Source of the DNA: an uncultured Eubacteriales bacterium
GTDB taxonomy: Bacteria > Bacillota_I > Bacilli_A > RFN20 > CAG-288
DNA length: 61,628 bases
Reading direction: 5' to 3'
Assembly (NCBI GenBank): GCA_900316035.1
Contig: ONBI01000003.1
Span: forward strand, 1-61,628
Made by a program: the position numbers and the translations under genes. A model generated the notes under the pieces. That model was not told the DNA's origin, ran no database searches, and saw only the letters and a program-made list of their open reading frames with translations. How positions within the stretch are numbered: position 1 is the stretch's first letter; every line of letters begins with the position of its first letter. Of the stretch, positions 18,810-28,300 are shown in pieces.

Positions 18810-20837
18810 TTACGCTTCCTGCTGCGCTTTGGCGTTACCGGTATAGAGCTGGTAATAGACGCCTTTCTGGGCGAGCAAGGATTCATGGTTACCGCGTTCG
18901 ATGATGCGTCCATGATCTAGAACCATGATGACATCGCTATTCTTGATGGTGCTGAGACGGTGAGCGATGACGAAGACGGTTCTTCCTTTCATGATGGCAT
19001 CCATACCGCGCTGAACCAGAGCTTCGGTGCGGGAGTCGATCGACGAAGTCGCTTCATCGAGAATGAGAACCGGCGGATCGGCAACCGCCGCACGGGCGAT
19101 AGCAAGTAATTGTCTCTGACCTTGCGAGAGCGAAGCGCCACCATTGGTGAGCATCGTATCGTAACCATTCGGAAGCTGCTGAATGAAAGTATCGGCGTTA
19201 GCGAGTTTCGCGGCGGCTTCTACTTCCTCATCGGTAGCATCGAGTCTTCCGTAACGGATATTCTCTCTTACGGTTCCGGTGAAGAGCTTGGTATCCTGGA
19301 ATACCATACCGAGAGATCTTCTTAAGTCTGCTTTCTTGATCTTATTGATATTGATATCGTCGTAACGGATCTTACCTTCCGCAATATCGTAGAAGCGGTT
19401 GAGAAGGTTGGTGATTGTAGTCTTTCCGGCACCGGTAGGACCGACGAAAGCAATCTTCTGACCAGGTTCCGCATAGATCGTGATATCGTGCAGAACAATC
19501 TTATCTTTGACGTAACCGAAGTCGACATTGTAGAGGTTGATTTTGCCTCTTAACCACGTATAGGTCGTCGGAGAACCATCCTGATGCGGATGTTTCCAAG
19601 CCCAGTGTCCGGTTCTTTCTGAGCAGGGAACCGGATTTCCGTTTTCATCGGCTTTGGCATTGACAAGCTCGACATAACCGTCATCCACCTCTTTCGGTTC
19701 ATCGATAAGAGCGAAGATACGACTAGCACCGGCAAGAGCCATGGTGATGGTGTTGATCTGGTTAGCGACCTGACCGATCGGCTGGACGAAGGCTTTCGAA
19801 TAGAGAAGGAAGGAGATGATGATACCGATTGTGGCTTCCGAGAAGATATGACCATGCGGTAAATCCATCAGGGAGAAGCCTCTTACACCATAGATGGTGA
19901 AAAGACCACCGACCAAAGCAAGAATCGCATAGGCAAGGTTACCAATCTGATTGACGATCGGCATCAGGATCGAAGCGTAACGGTTTGCTTTGACAGAATC
20001 TTCAAAGAGTTCTTCGTTATGGCTATCAAAACCTTCGATGTTCTTTGCCTCGTAGTTGAAGACCTTGACGACTTTCTGACCGGAGATCATCTCTTCGATA
20101 TAACCGTTGGTGGCACCGAGTTCCATCTGCTGCTTTATGAAGTAACGGGCAGAACGTTTCGTAAAGTACTTCGTGATCGAGAAGATGAGAACCGAGACCG
20201 CTAAGACGACTAACGTCATATAGAGATCCGTAAGAAGCATCATCACGAAGCAGGCGATCATGGTGATGATCGAGGAAACGGCCATCGGAAGAGCACGGGC
20301 GAGCATTTCACGGAGAGCATCGACATCGTTGGTGTAGACCGACATGATATCGCCGTGTGTTTGCTGGTCGAAATAGGAGACCGGCAGATCCTGCATATGG
20401 GAGAAGAGTTCATCACGGATCTTTTTCTGAATACCCTGGGAGATCAAGGACATCAGATAGTTATAAAAATAGGAAGCGACGACACCTAAAGCAAAGATGA
20501 CGATCATCGAGATCATCAGAGAAGAGAACTTCATCGATAAACCGAAGATACCAAGTTCATGGGGCGTATCGTAGAAAAGGGTCGTCGCTTTACTGATATC
20601 GATGACACCATTAGCGTCCATCGCACCGGTTAAAGAAGGCGTGATGAAGTGATCGGCTAAGATCTGACCGATAAAGTAGGAGTTAGCAACCGAAGCGAAA
20701 GACGAAATCAGAATACAGAGAACAACCACGAAGAAGAGGAAAGGATAATAGCGGAAGACAAGGCCTAAAAGGCTCTTCATCGCACCGCGCCTTGCTTCTT
20801 TGCTGGCACCTTTACGGGCTTTATTCGTTGCTGGCAT
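18810..20837 (-). CDS. Heterodimeric ABC exporter subunit (permease + ATPase)
   Basis: TMD plus GPTGAGKT, LSQGQ, LILDEATS, IAHRL; start at MPATNK after a GGAGG RBS. Confidence 0.93.
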   Translation of the reverse strand: MPATNKARKGASKEARRGAMKSLLGLVFRYYPFLFFVVVLCILISSFASVANSYFIGQILADHFITPSLTGAMDANGVIDISKATTLFYDTPHELGIFGLSMKFSSLMISMIVIFALGVVASYFYNYLMSLISQGIQKKIRDELFSHMQDLPVSYFDQQTHGDIMSVYTNDVDALREMLARALPMAVSSIITMIACFVMMLLTDLYMTLVVLAVSVLIFSITKYFTKRSARYFIKQQMELGATNGYIEEMISGQKVVKVFNYEAKNIEGFDSHNEELFEDSVKANRYASILMPIVNQIGNLAYAILALVGGLFTIYGVRGFSLMDLPHGHIFSEATIGIIISFLLYSKAFVQPIGQVANQINTITMALAGASRIFALIDEPKEVDDGYVELVNAKADENGNPVPCSERTGHWAWKHPHQDGSPTTYTWLRGKINLYNVDFGYVKDKIVLHDITIYAEPGQKIAFVGPTGAGKTTITNLLNRFYDIAEGKIRYDDININKIKKADLRRSLGMVFQDTKLFTGTVRENIRYGRLDATDEEVEAAAKLANADTFIQQLPNGYDTMLTNGGASLSQGQRQLLAIARAAVADPPVLILDEATSSIDSRTEALVQRGMDAIMKGRTVFVIAHRLSTIKNSDVIMVLDHGRIIERGNHESLLAQKGVYYQLYTGNAKAQQEA

Positions 20838-22620
20838 CGAAATCACCTCCTCCTAACTGCGATTCGTATAATTCCTTATAGACAGAGCAGTTCTGCATCA
20901 GTTCCTCGTTGTTTCCCTGCGCGACAAGCTTTCCACCGGCATCAAGAACCAGAATCGTCTCGCAGTCTTTGATGGAAAGAACACGCTGCGCGATGATGAA
21001 CTTCGTGACATCCGGACGGGTCGAGGCTAAGCCTTTGCGGATCAAGCTATCGGTGTGGGTATCACAGGCGCTGGTCGAATCATCGAGGATCAGAATCTTC
21101 GGATTCATCAGTAAGGCTCTTGCAATGCAGAGACGCTGTTTCTGACCGCCGGAGACATTGTTACCGCCTTCGACAATCGGAGTATCCAATCCTTCCGGGA
21201 AACGGTGAAGGAATTCACTGGCCTGGGCTAAGTCACAGGCTTTCCAAATTTCTTCATCACTGGCGTTCAGATTTCCCCATTTGAGGTTATCGCGGATCGT
21301 ACCGGTGAAAAGAAGATTCTTCTGTAAAACCACGGCAACCGAATCACGGAGCGTCTTTAAGTCATAATCCCGGACATCGACACCACCGACTTTGACGCTT
21401 CCTTCCGTCACATCATAAAGACGGGCGATCAAAGAGACGAGAGTCGATTTACTCGATCCGGTCGGACCGATGATACCGATAGTCTCACCGGAATGGAAAT
21501 GAAGATCGATATCGCTTAAGACGTTCTTGCCAGGCACATAAGCAAAGGAAACATGGTCGAAATCGACTCTGCCGTCTTTGATTTCCATGACCGGGTTTTC
21601 TTTGTTCTTGATATCCGGTTCTTCCACGACAATCTCGACAATACGTTCGGCGGAGTTACGGGAGATAGTGATGAAGACATAGACCATCGAAACCATCATC
21701 AGAGACATCATAATCATCATGACGTACATGATCAGAGTCGTTAAGGAAGCCGTAGTAAGAGTAGTCGAACCGCTCCTGATGATGAGAGAGGAACCTAAGA
21801 AGGCAAGTAGGACCATCGCGGCATAGACGGCTAAGTTCATCAAAGGACTATTGAAAGCGAGAATCGATTCCGCCTTAAGGAAGTTCTTATAGATGAAATC
21901 GGAGACCTTGTTGAAACGGGAGACATGATAATCCTTGCGGTCAAAGGATTTGACGACACGGATACCGTCGACATCTTCCTCGACGGATTCGTTGAGTTCA
22001 TCGTAGGTATTGAAGATCTTGACAAAGATCGGGTGGACCGTAGCGGCGATGAAGATCAGAAGGAAAAGAAGAACCGGAATGATGATGAGATAGATCCAGC
22101 TGAGAGTCGGTGCGGTGACAAAACACATGATGAGAGCGAAGATCATCATGAACGGGGCGCGGATGACCGTACGGATCACCATCATGAAGGCGTTCTGGAC
22201 GTTGGTGACATCGGTCGTGGTACGGGTGACGATGGAGGAGGGAGAGAATTTATCGATGTTCTTAAACGAGTAATCCTGAATCTTCACAAACATGGCTCTA
22301 CGGAGATTCTTACCGAAACCGGCGGAGGCGGAAGAAGCCCAGTAACCTGCCATGATGCCGCAGAAAGCTGCTACCAAGGAAATCAGAACCAGGATTCCGG
22401 TCCATAAAAGAAGCTTCCCTAAATCCAGAGCGTATACCGCCTGAAGAAGATACTGAATGAAGTAGGCGTTTAAGATTTCTAAAAGAGCTTCAAAGAAGAC
22501 ATATATCCAAGTGAGATAGACATCCTTCTTATATTCGCCGATATAGGAAAGAAGCTTCTTATAGGTATGCGGTTTTTCTTTCTTCGGTGCTTTCTTTTCT
22601 TTGACTGCTTCGTTGCTCAT
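20821..22620 (-). CDS. Heterodimeric ABC exporter subunit with degenerate ATPase site
   Basis: GPTGSSKS, VSGGQ, LILDDSTS, IAQR (degenerate Walker B and switch). Confidence 0.93.
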   Translation of the reverse strand: MSNEAVKEKKAPKKEKPHTYKKLLSYIGEYKKDVYLTWIYVFFEALLEILNAYFIQYLLQAVYALDLGKLLLWTGILVLISLVAAFCGIMAGYWASSASAGFGKNLRRAMFVKIQDYSFKNIDKFSPSSIVTRTTTDVTNVQNAFMMVIRTVIRAPFMMIFALIMCFVTAPTLSWIYLIIIPVLLFLLIFIAATVHPIFVKIFNTYDELNESVEEDVDGIRVVKSFDRKDYHVSRFNKVSDFIYKNFLKAESILAFNSPLMNLAVYAAMVLLAFLGSSLIIRSGSTTLTTASLTTLIMYVMMIMMSLMMVSMVYVFITISRNSAERIVEIVVEEPDIKNKENPVMEIKDGRVDFDHVSFAYVPGKNVLSDIDLHFHSGETIGIIGPTGSSKSTLVSLIARLYDVTEGSVKVGGVDVRDYDLKTLRDSVAVVLQKNLLFTGTIRDNLKWGNLNASDEEIWKACDLAQASEFLHRFPEGLDTPIVEGGNNVSGGQKQRLCIARALLMNPKILILDDSTSACDTHTDSLIRKGLASTRPDVTKFIIAQRVLSIKDCETILVLDAGGKLVAQGNNEELMQNCSVYKELYESQLGGGDFDASNE

Positions 22621-23066
22621 ACCGTTTCGTCCTCCTGAATATTGGACCTCACTTTTTCTAAAAGAGAAGTAAGTTGCTTTATTTCTTCTTGGCTTAGCCC
22701 GGTGCGTAATTTTTCTTCCATCTTATCGTACTGGGCATGATAGACCTTATCGGCTTCGATTCCCTTATCGGTGACTTTGAGGATCTTGAAGCGTTTATCT
22801 TCGCCTCTTGGCACCTGAACGATAAGACCTTTCTTCTCGAGTCCTGCTAACGTAGCGGAAGTCGAAGCTTTCGATAACTTCGTAAACTTCCTCAGCGTAG
22901 TAGCCGTAAAAGGTCCATGCTGAAGAATCTGAACCAAAGTGAAAGCTTCCATCCCAGTCATCCCACCGATTTCCTGCGAACGGATATGCTTATCGATATA
23001 CTTTTCGATAGCGATATGCGTCTGCTTGATCTTCAGTCCTAACGGCACTTCATATTCTTTTTCCAT
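22617..23066 (-). CDS. MarR-family regulator
   Basis: LEKKGLI..EDKR..TDKG; upstream of the exporter pair. Confidence 0.9.
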   Translation of the reverse strand: MEKEYEVPLGLKIKQTHIAIEKYIDKHIRSQEIGGMTGMEAFTLVQILQHGPFTATTLRKFTKLSKASTSATLAGLEKKGLIVQVPRGEDKRFKILKVTDKGIEADKVYHAQYDKMEEKLRTGLSQEEIKQLTSLLEKVRSNIQEDETV

Positions 23067-23085
23067 AAACAGCACTTCTCCTCAT

Positions 23086-23103
23086 AAGTTCGCATCCTAA
23101 CTA
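23086..23103. promoter_or_regulatory. Putative MarR operator 1
   Basis: AAGTTCG-CATC-CTAACTA, a near copy of the perfect palindrome at 23154. Confidence 0.65.
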
Positions 23104-23153
23104 TACTCTTTTTCCCCACAGTTGTGACGTTTTTCTTTTGAAAGCGGTTATCC

Positions 23154-23171
23154 TAGTTCGGGTGCGAACTA
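23154..23171. promoter_or_regulatory. Putative MarR operator 2
   Basis: Perfect inverted repeat TAGTTCG-N4-CGAACTA. Confidence 0.7.
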
Positions 23172-23187
23172 TAATAGAAAAACAAAC

Positions 23188-23211
23188 GAAAGCCCCAGGT
23201 TTCCCTGGGGC
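23188..23211 (-). terminator. Terminator of the nfeD-SPFH operon
   Basis: GCCCCAGG/CCTGGGGC stem with T-rich tail on the minus strand. Confidence 0.75.
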
Positions 23212-23230
23212 CAATAGACTTTAGAATCCA

Positions 23231-24217
23231 CTACTTTGTCTCAGCAGTTTCTACAGGTTTCTCTTCTTCGTCTTTCTTACTGGCTTCGACAACTTCGGTC
23301 AAGGAAGAAGCTAACGAAGCAAGAGAAGACATATCGGAAGGAACGATCATCTTGGTCGCTTTACCGTCGGCAACCTTCGCTAATGCTTCATAACCTTTGA
23401 GAGTCAAGACGGCCTTTGAGGGCATGGATTCGTTGATCATACGGATCGAGTCAGCTTCGGCTTTACGGACCATCAGTTCACCGTCGGCCTGGGCTTTCTT
23501 GACCTTGAGAATCGCTTCGGCTTCCGCTTCCGCTTTCTTGATGGCGGCTTCTTTCTCGGCTTCGGCATTGAGAATGGCGGCTTCCTTCTTACCTTCGGCA
23601 ATGGTGATAGCCGAAGTCTTTTCGCCTTCCGCAATCAGGATTTTTTCACGTTTTTCACGTTCGGCTCTCATCTGCTTCTCCATGGCGTTCTGAATATCCT
23701 TCGGAGGAAGAATGTTCTTGACTTCGACACGGGTGACCTTGATTCCCCAGGGATCGGTCGCTTCATCGAGAATCGCTCTCATCTTGGAGTTGATAAGATC
23801 ACGGGAAGTAAGAGTGGCATCCAGATCGAGATCACCGATGAGGTTACGTAATGTAGTTGCGGAAAGAGCTTCGATACCGACAATCGGATTTTCGACACCG
23901 TAGGTATAAAGCTTCGGATCGGTGACGGTGAAGAAGACGACGGTATCGATCTGCATCGTGACGTTATCCTTGGTGATGACAGGCTGCGGCGGGAAATCGT
24001 AGATCTGTTCCTTCATCGAGACCTTCTTCTGAACACGGTCGAAGAAAGGAACCAAGAAGTGGATACCCGTATCCCAGGTCGTCAGATACTTTCCGAGACG
24101 CTCGATGACGAAGCGGTCGGTCTGATTGACGATACGGACCGAAGAAATCAGCGTGATCAGAATCAGAAAGACCAGAACACAGGCGATAACAATTCCGACG
24201 ATAGCTCCAGTAGGCAT
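23231..24217 (-). CDS. SPFH/band 7 (stomatin/QmcA-like) protein
   Basis: ERLGKY, VITKDNV, WGIKVTRVE, QMRAEREKR. Confidence 0.95.
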   Translation of the reverse strand: MPTGAIVGIVIACVLVFLILITLISSVRIVNQTDRFVIERLGKYLTTWDTGIHFLVPFFDRVQKKVSMKEQIYDFPPQPVITKDNVTMQIDTVVFFTVTDPKLYTYGVENPIVGIEALSATTLRNLIGDLDLDATLTSRDLINSKMRAILDEATDPWGIKVTRVEVKNILPPKDIQNAMEKQMRAEREKREKILIAEGEKTSAITIAEGKKEAAILNAEAEKEAAIKKAEAEAEAILKVKKAQADGELMVRKAEADSIRMINESMPSKAVLTLKGYEALAKVADGKATKMIVPSDMSSLASLASSLTEVVEASKKDEEEKPVETAETK

Positions 24218-24231
24218 TTTATGTTCTCCTT

Positions 24232-24681
24232 TTATTCCTTTACAACTTTGACAACGAGTTTGTTTCCATTGATGGAAACGACTTCGACGACACTTCCTTC
24301 CGGAATCTCCTTAGCGCCATCCATCAACATACCGGTCCAAAGCGTTCCGAAGATCTTCACTTCTCCGTATTCTAAGGGAGTGATGGTCTTAGTGACTTTT
24401 CCTTTCTTCCCGACGATCGACGCAACTCCGGTCTTCGTGTTCTTTCTTAACAGCAATCGGTTTGCGACCGGTCTTAAGAGAATCAGGAACAGAGCCGAAA
24501 CTCCTAAGAAGACGATCAGTTCTCCCCACCAAGGCATACCGGGAATATAGGTGACTGCCAAAGCGACCAAAGAACCGATACAGAACCAGACCGAGACCAA
24601 GGCTTCCGTAGAGACTTCCGCAATCAAGGCGATGACGAAGACAGAGAGCCAGACAATCAGCATGATGGTATTTTCATCCAT
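24232..24681 (-). CDS. Short NfeD-family protein
   Basis: Three TM segments plus OB-fold G.V...G..W; adjacent to the SPFH gene. Confidence 0.9.
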   Translation of the reverse strand: MDENTIMLIVWLSVFVIALIAEVSTEALVSVWFCIGSLVALAVTYIPGMPWWGELIVFLGVSALFLILLRPVANRLLLRKNTKTGVASIVGKKGKVTKTITPLEYGEVKIFGTLWTGMLMDGAKEIPEGSVVEVVSINGNKLVVKVVKE

Positions 24682-24683
24682 AG

Positions 24684-25058
24684 TCAGTCGGCCTCCTCCG
24701 TTAAGTGTATCACAACAAATCGGCGTTCCGTATCATAGGTAGTGACAAAGCGGTGGGAAGTAGAGGAAAAATCGATACCGATCTCACTTCCGATCTTCTT
24801 CACAAACTCGGTCGAGGAGATCCGCGAATAGGTCTTTCCACCCGAAAGAGGGAAAAGAGCATCTTCGGGATAAACTCCAGACTCGCATTCTCCCAGTGTC
24901 AACGGCTTCATCACAATCGTTTTCGTCTCATCGTCGTATCCGAGTTCTACCGCAGTAGCTTCTTTCAAATACGAAAGGCTCGGCTTATTGACGGTGATAC
25001 AGTTCTTGCTGATGGTAGCGACCATCGCTTTCTCGTTCTTGCTGAACCAAGTGATCAT
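24684..25058 (-). CDS. Hypothetical soluble protein, first gene of the nfeD-SPFH operon
   Basis: AGGAGG RBS before MITWFS; 2-nt gap to nfeD. Confidence 0.75.
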   Translation of the reverse strand: MITWFSKNEKAMVATISKNCITVNKPSLSYLKEATAVELGYDDETKTIVMKPLTLGECESGVYPEDALFPLSGGKTYSRISSTEFVKKIGSEIGIDFSSTSHRFVTTYDTERRFVVIHLTEEAD

Positions 25059-25142
25059 AAGAGCCCTCCTCTGTTTATAGAATACAAACAAGTTCAACAA
25101 AATTCAAGACGATGTTAGAAATATTCTTTTTTTCATAACAAA

Positions 25143-25162
25143 AGCCCTCACTCGTGAGGGCT
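25143..25162 (-). terminator. Terminator after the tRNA
   Basis: AGCCCTCAC/GTGAGGGCT hairpin with T-tail on the minus strand. Confidence 0.7.
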
Positions 25163-25174
25163 CAGTATCTGACT

Positions 25175-25248
25175 TGGAGCAACCGGCGGGAATCGGACCC
25201 GTATATGCAGCTTGGGAAGCTACCGTTCTACCACTGAACTACGGCTGC
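25175..25248 (-). tRNA. tRNA-Gly(CCC)
   Basis: Cloverleaf: GCAGCCG/CGGTTGC acceptor, GTTC/GAAC D-stem, anticodon loop TTCCCAA, U73, encoded CCA; atypical T-arm. Confidence 0.92.
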
Positions 25249-25325
25249 AGGTGGGAGTATTATACCAAATCAAAAGATAGAAGAAAAGGACATAAAAAGC
25301 CCACCATATCTATCGGAAAACATAG

Positions 25326-25364
25326 AAAAAGGCTACCCCCCCCTTAAAAGAAGAGATAGCCTTT
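25326..25364 (-). terminator. rpoC terminator
   Basis: AAAGGCTA..TAGCCTTT hairpin just after the stop codon. Confidence 0.65.
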
Positions 25365-25374
25365 GTAGAACAGA

Positions 25375-28300
25375 TTACTTCAGAAGCTGATTGTCACCGG
25401 CAGGGAGAGTGGAAGGAGCGCTGGTCGGTGCAGCCGGCGGAACGACCGGAGAAGAAGACGGATCGAGGTTTTCCTCCTCGTCCTCGTCTTCACCCTCTTC
25501 CTCTTCCGGAAGAAGCGGTTTGAGGCCGGTTCCGGCAGGGATGAGCTTACCGATCATGACGTTCTCCTTCAGACCGCGGAGATAATCGACCTTGCCCTTG
25601 ATGGCAGCATCGGTAAGAACCGCCGTAGTCTGCTGGAAAGACGCAGCGGAGAGGAAGGATTCGGTCTCGAGAGCAGCTTTCGTGATACCCATGATGAGCG
25701 GGCGTCCGACGGCCGGATTACCGGCATGCTCTAAGACCTTCTGATTCTTCTCGGTGAAGGTCACATCATCGACTTTCTGACCCGGTAAGAGCGTGGTGTT
25801 ACCCGCGTTGATGATGAGAATCTTGTTCGTCATCTGACGGACGATGATCTCCAGATGCTTATCGGCGATATCGATACCGGCGTTATCCTTGTAGACCGAT
25901 TTGACTTCCTTGATGATGTAGTTGCGGACGGTCGTAAGATCGGTGCATTCGAGAAGTTTCTTCGGATCGATATGGGCATTCTTGACGAGCGGATAGCCAG
26001 CCGGAATCTCCTGACCGACCGTGACGTTCGGAAGCTGGTTCGGATAGCAGATGAAATCGAGCTTTTCGAGTTCGTTTTCAACCGTGAAGACATGGCGTAA
26101 GCCCTGCTCCTTGATCTCGACAACTTTGCCAGGGATCGTAGAGATGACAGCTTCATCCTTCGGCTTCGGGGAACGGACTTCCAGAAGTTCCTGGACACGC
26201 GGTAAACCGGAAGTGATATCCTGCTGACCCGCGACACCACCGGTGTGGAAGTTCTTCAGCGTGAGCTGAGTACCCGGTTCACCGATAGACTGAGCGGCCA
26301 TGATACCGACAGTATCACCGATCTCGGCAAGCTTACCGGTCGCAAGGTTACGGCCGTAGCACTTGACGCAGACACCATCGGTCGATTCGCAGGTGAGGAT
26401 CGAGCGGATCTCCACCGACTTGATGCCGGCATCGACGATGCGCTGTGCCGCTTCTTCATCCATGCACTCATCGGCAGAAGCTAAGACCTCACCGGTCTTC
26501 GGATCGAGGACATCGTGCATCGGGAAACGGCCGACAAGACGATCGTATAAGGAAGCGATGACAGTCTTGCCATCGGCTTCGAGTAAATCGGAAACGACAA
26601 GTCCGTGATCGCAGTGGCAATCTTCCTCGCGGATGACGACGTTGTGAGAAACATCGACCAAACGACGGGTGAGATAACCGGAGTCGGCGGTCTTCAGAGC
26701 GGTATCGGAACCGTTCTTACGGGTACCATGCGTCGAGGAGAAGTATTCGGAGACGGAGAGACCATCGATATAACCGGACTTGACCGGCGTTTCAATAGCT
26801 TCGCCGTTCGACTTAAGCATACAACCCTTCATACCGATAAGCTGCATGTAGTTATCGGCCGAACCACGGGCACCGGAAGCCATCATCATGAACATCGGGT
26901 TACGCGGATTTTCCTTCATACGCTCATTGAGCTTCTTCTTCATATCCGTGTTCTTGATGTCGTTCCAGCAGGCGATCACCGCATCGTGACGTTCCTTCTC
27001 GGTCAAGAAGCCGAGATCCGCCATTTCACGGTATTCCGCAACCTGCTTATCGCCCTTGGCGTAAATTTCTTTACGTCCGGAGAGAGGTCTCATATCGTCG
27101 AGCGAGACGGTAAGACCGGACTTGGTGCAGTAATCGAAGCCCTGATTCTTGAAGGCATCCATGATGGAAGCGGTCTTGATGGAATCTTCGTCATAGTAAT
27201 GGAAGATCTTATCCATCATGACCTGAATGCGCTTCTTATTGATAGGACTGCGTAAAGGCTGAAGCTTGACATATTCCTTGAAGGCATCGAAATCATCACC
27301 TTCCTTGAACTTGCCAGAAGCTAAGACCTTCTCATAGACTTCCTGAGCGGTGACAAAGAAAGCGTCGGAAGTATGGGAGAATTCATCGCTGAATTCCTTC
27401 TTCGCCGCCTTCTCATCGAGCGTGCTCTCCGGGAAGTTGATGTACGGGAAGTCTTCGGGGAAGATGTGGTTGAAAATGAGCTTTCCGACCGTGGTGAGAA
27501 GATATTTGCTGTTCTGCTCTTCGGTGAACTCGGTCTTCTTCAGCGAACGGGCCGGAATATAGATACGGGTACGGGGTGAGACTAGTCCGTTCTGATAGGC
27601 GAGATACGCCGTATCCGGATCGGAGAAGACCTTACCTTCGTACTTCTTATACTGACGATACTTTTCAGCTTCATCCGGCTCGTTGTGGGCATCGTAGTAA
27701 GAAGCATACATATCGTTGAGGCTATCGTCATCCTCGAGGGTGAGATAGTAGTTACCGTAAATCATATCCTGCGACGGGACGCAGATCGGCTTACCATCGG
27801 AAGGCTTTAAGATGTTGCGGTTAGCCATCATCAGGCACATAGCTTCGGCCTGGGCCTGACGGGAAAGCGGAACATGGACTGCCATCTGGTCGCCATCGAA
27901 ATCGGCGTTGAAGCCAGGGCAGACAAGCGGATGAAGACGGATAGCCTTACCTTCGATCAGAATCGGCTTGAAGGCCTGGATACCGAGACGGTGAAGGGTC
28001 GGAGCACGGTTGAGAAGAACCGGGTGGTTCTTGGCAATCTCTTCGATCGCATCATAGACGCGCGGATCCTTATTGGCGATAAGCTCATCGGCCATACGCT
28101 GCGAAGTGACGGTCGAATCCTTAGAGAAGATAAGCTTGTGGGCGATGAAAGGACGGAAAAGCTGAACCGCCATTTCACGCGGTAAACCGCACTCATCCAT
28201 ATTGAGCGTCGGACCGACGGCGATGACGGAACGGCCGGAATAATCGACACGTTTACCAAGAAGGTTCTGACGGAAACGTCCCTGTTTACCCTTGAGGGTC

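Noticed and set aside
25100-25375. tRNA-Gly as an integration site
   Set aside because: No integrase and no duplicated tRNA 3' end seen in the window
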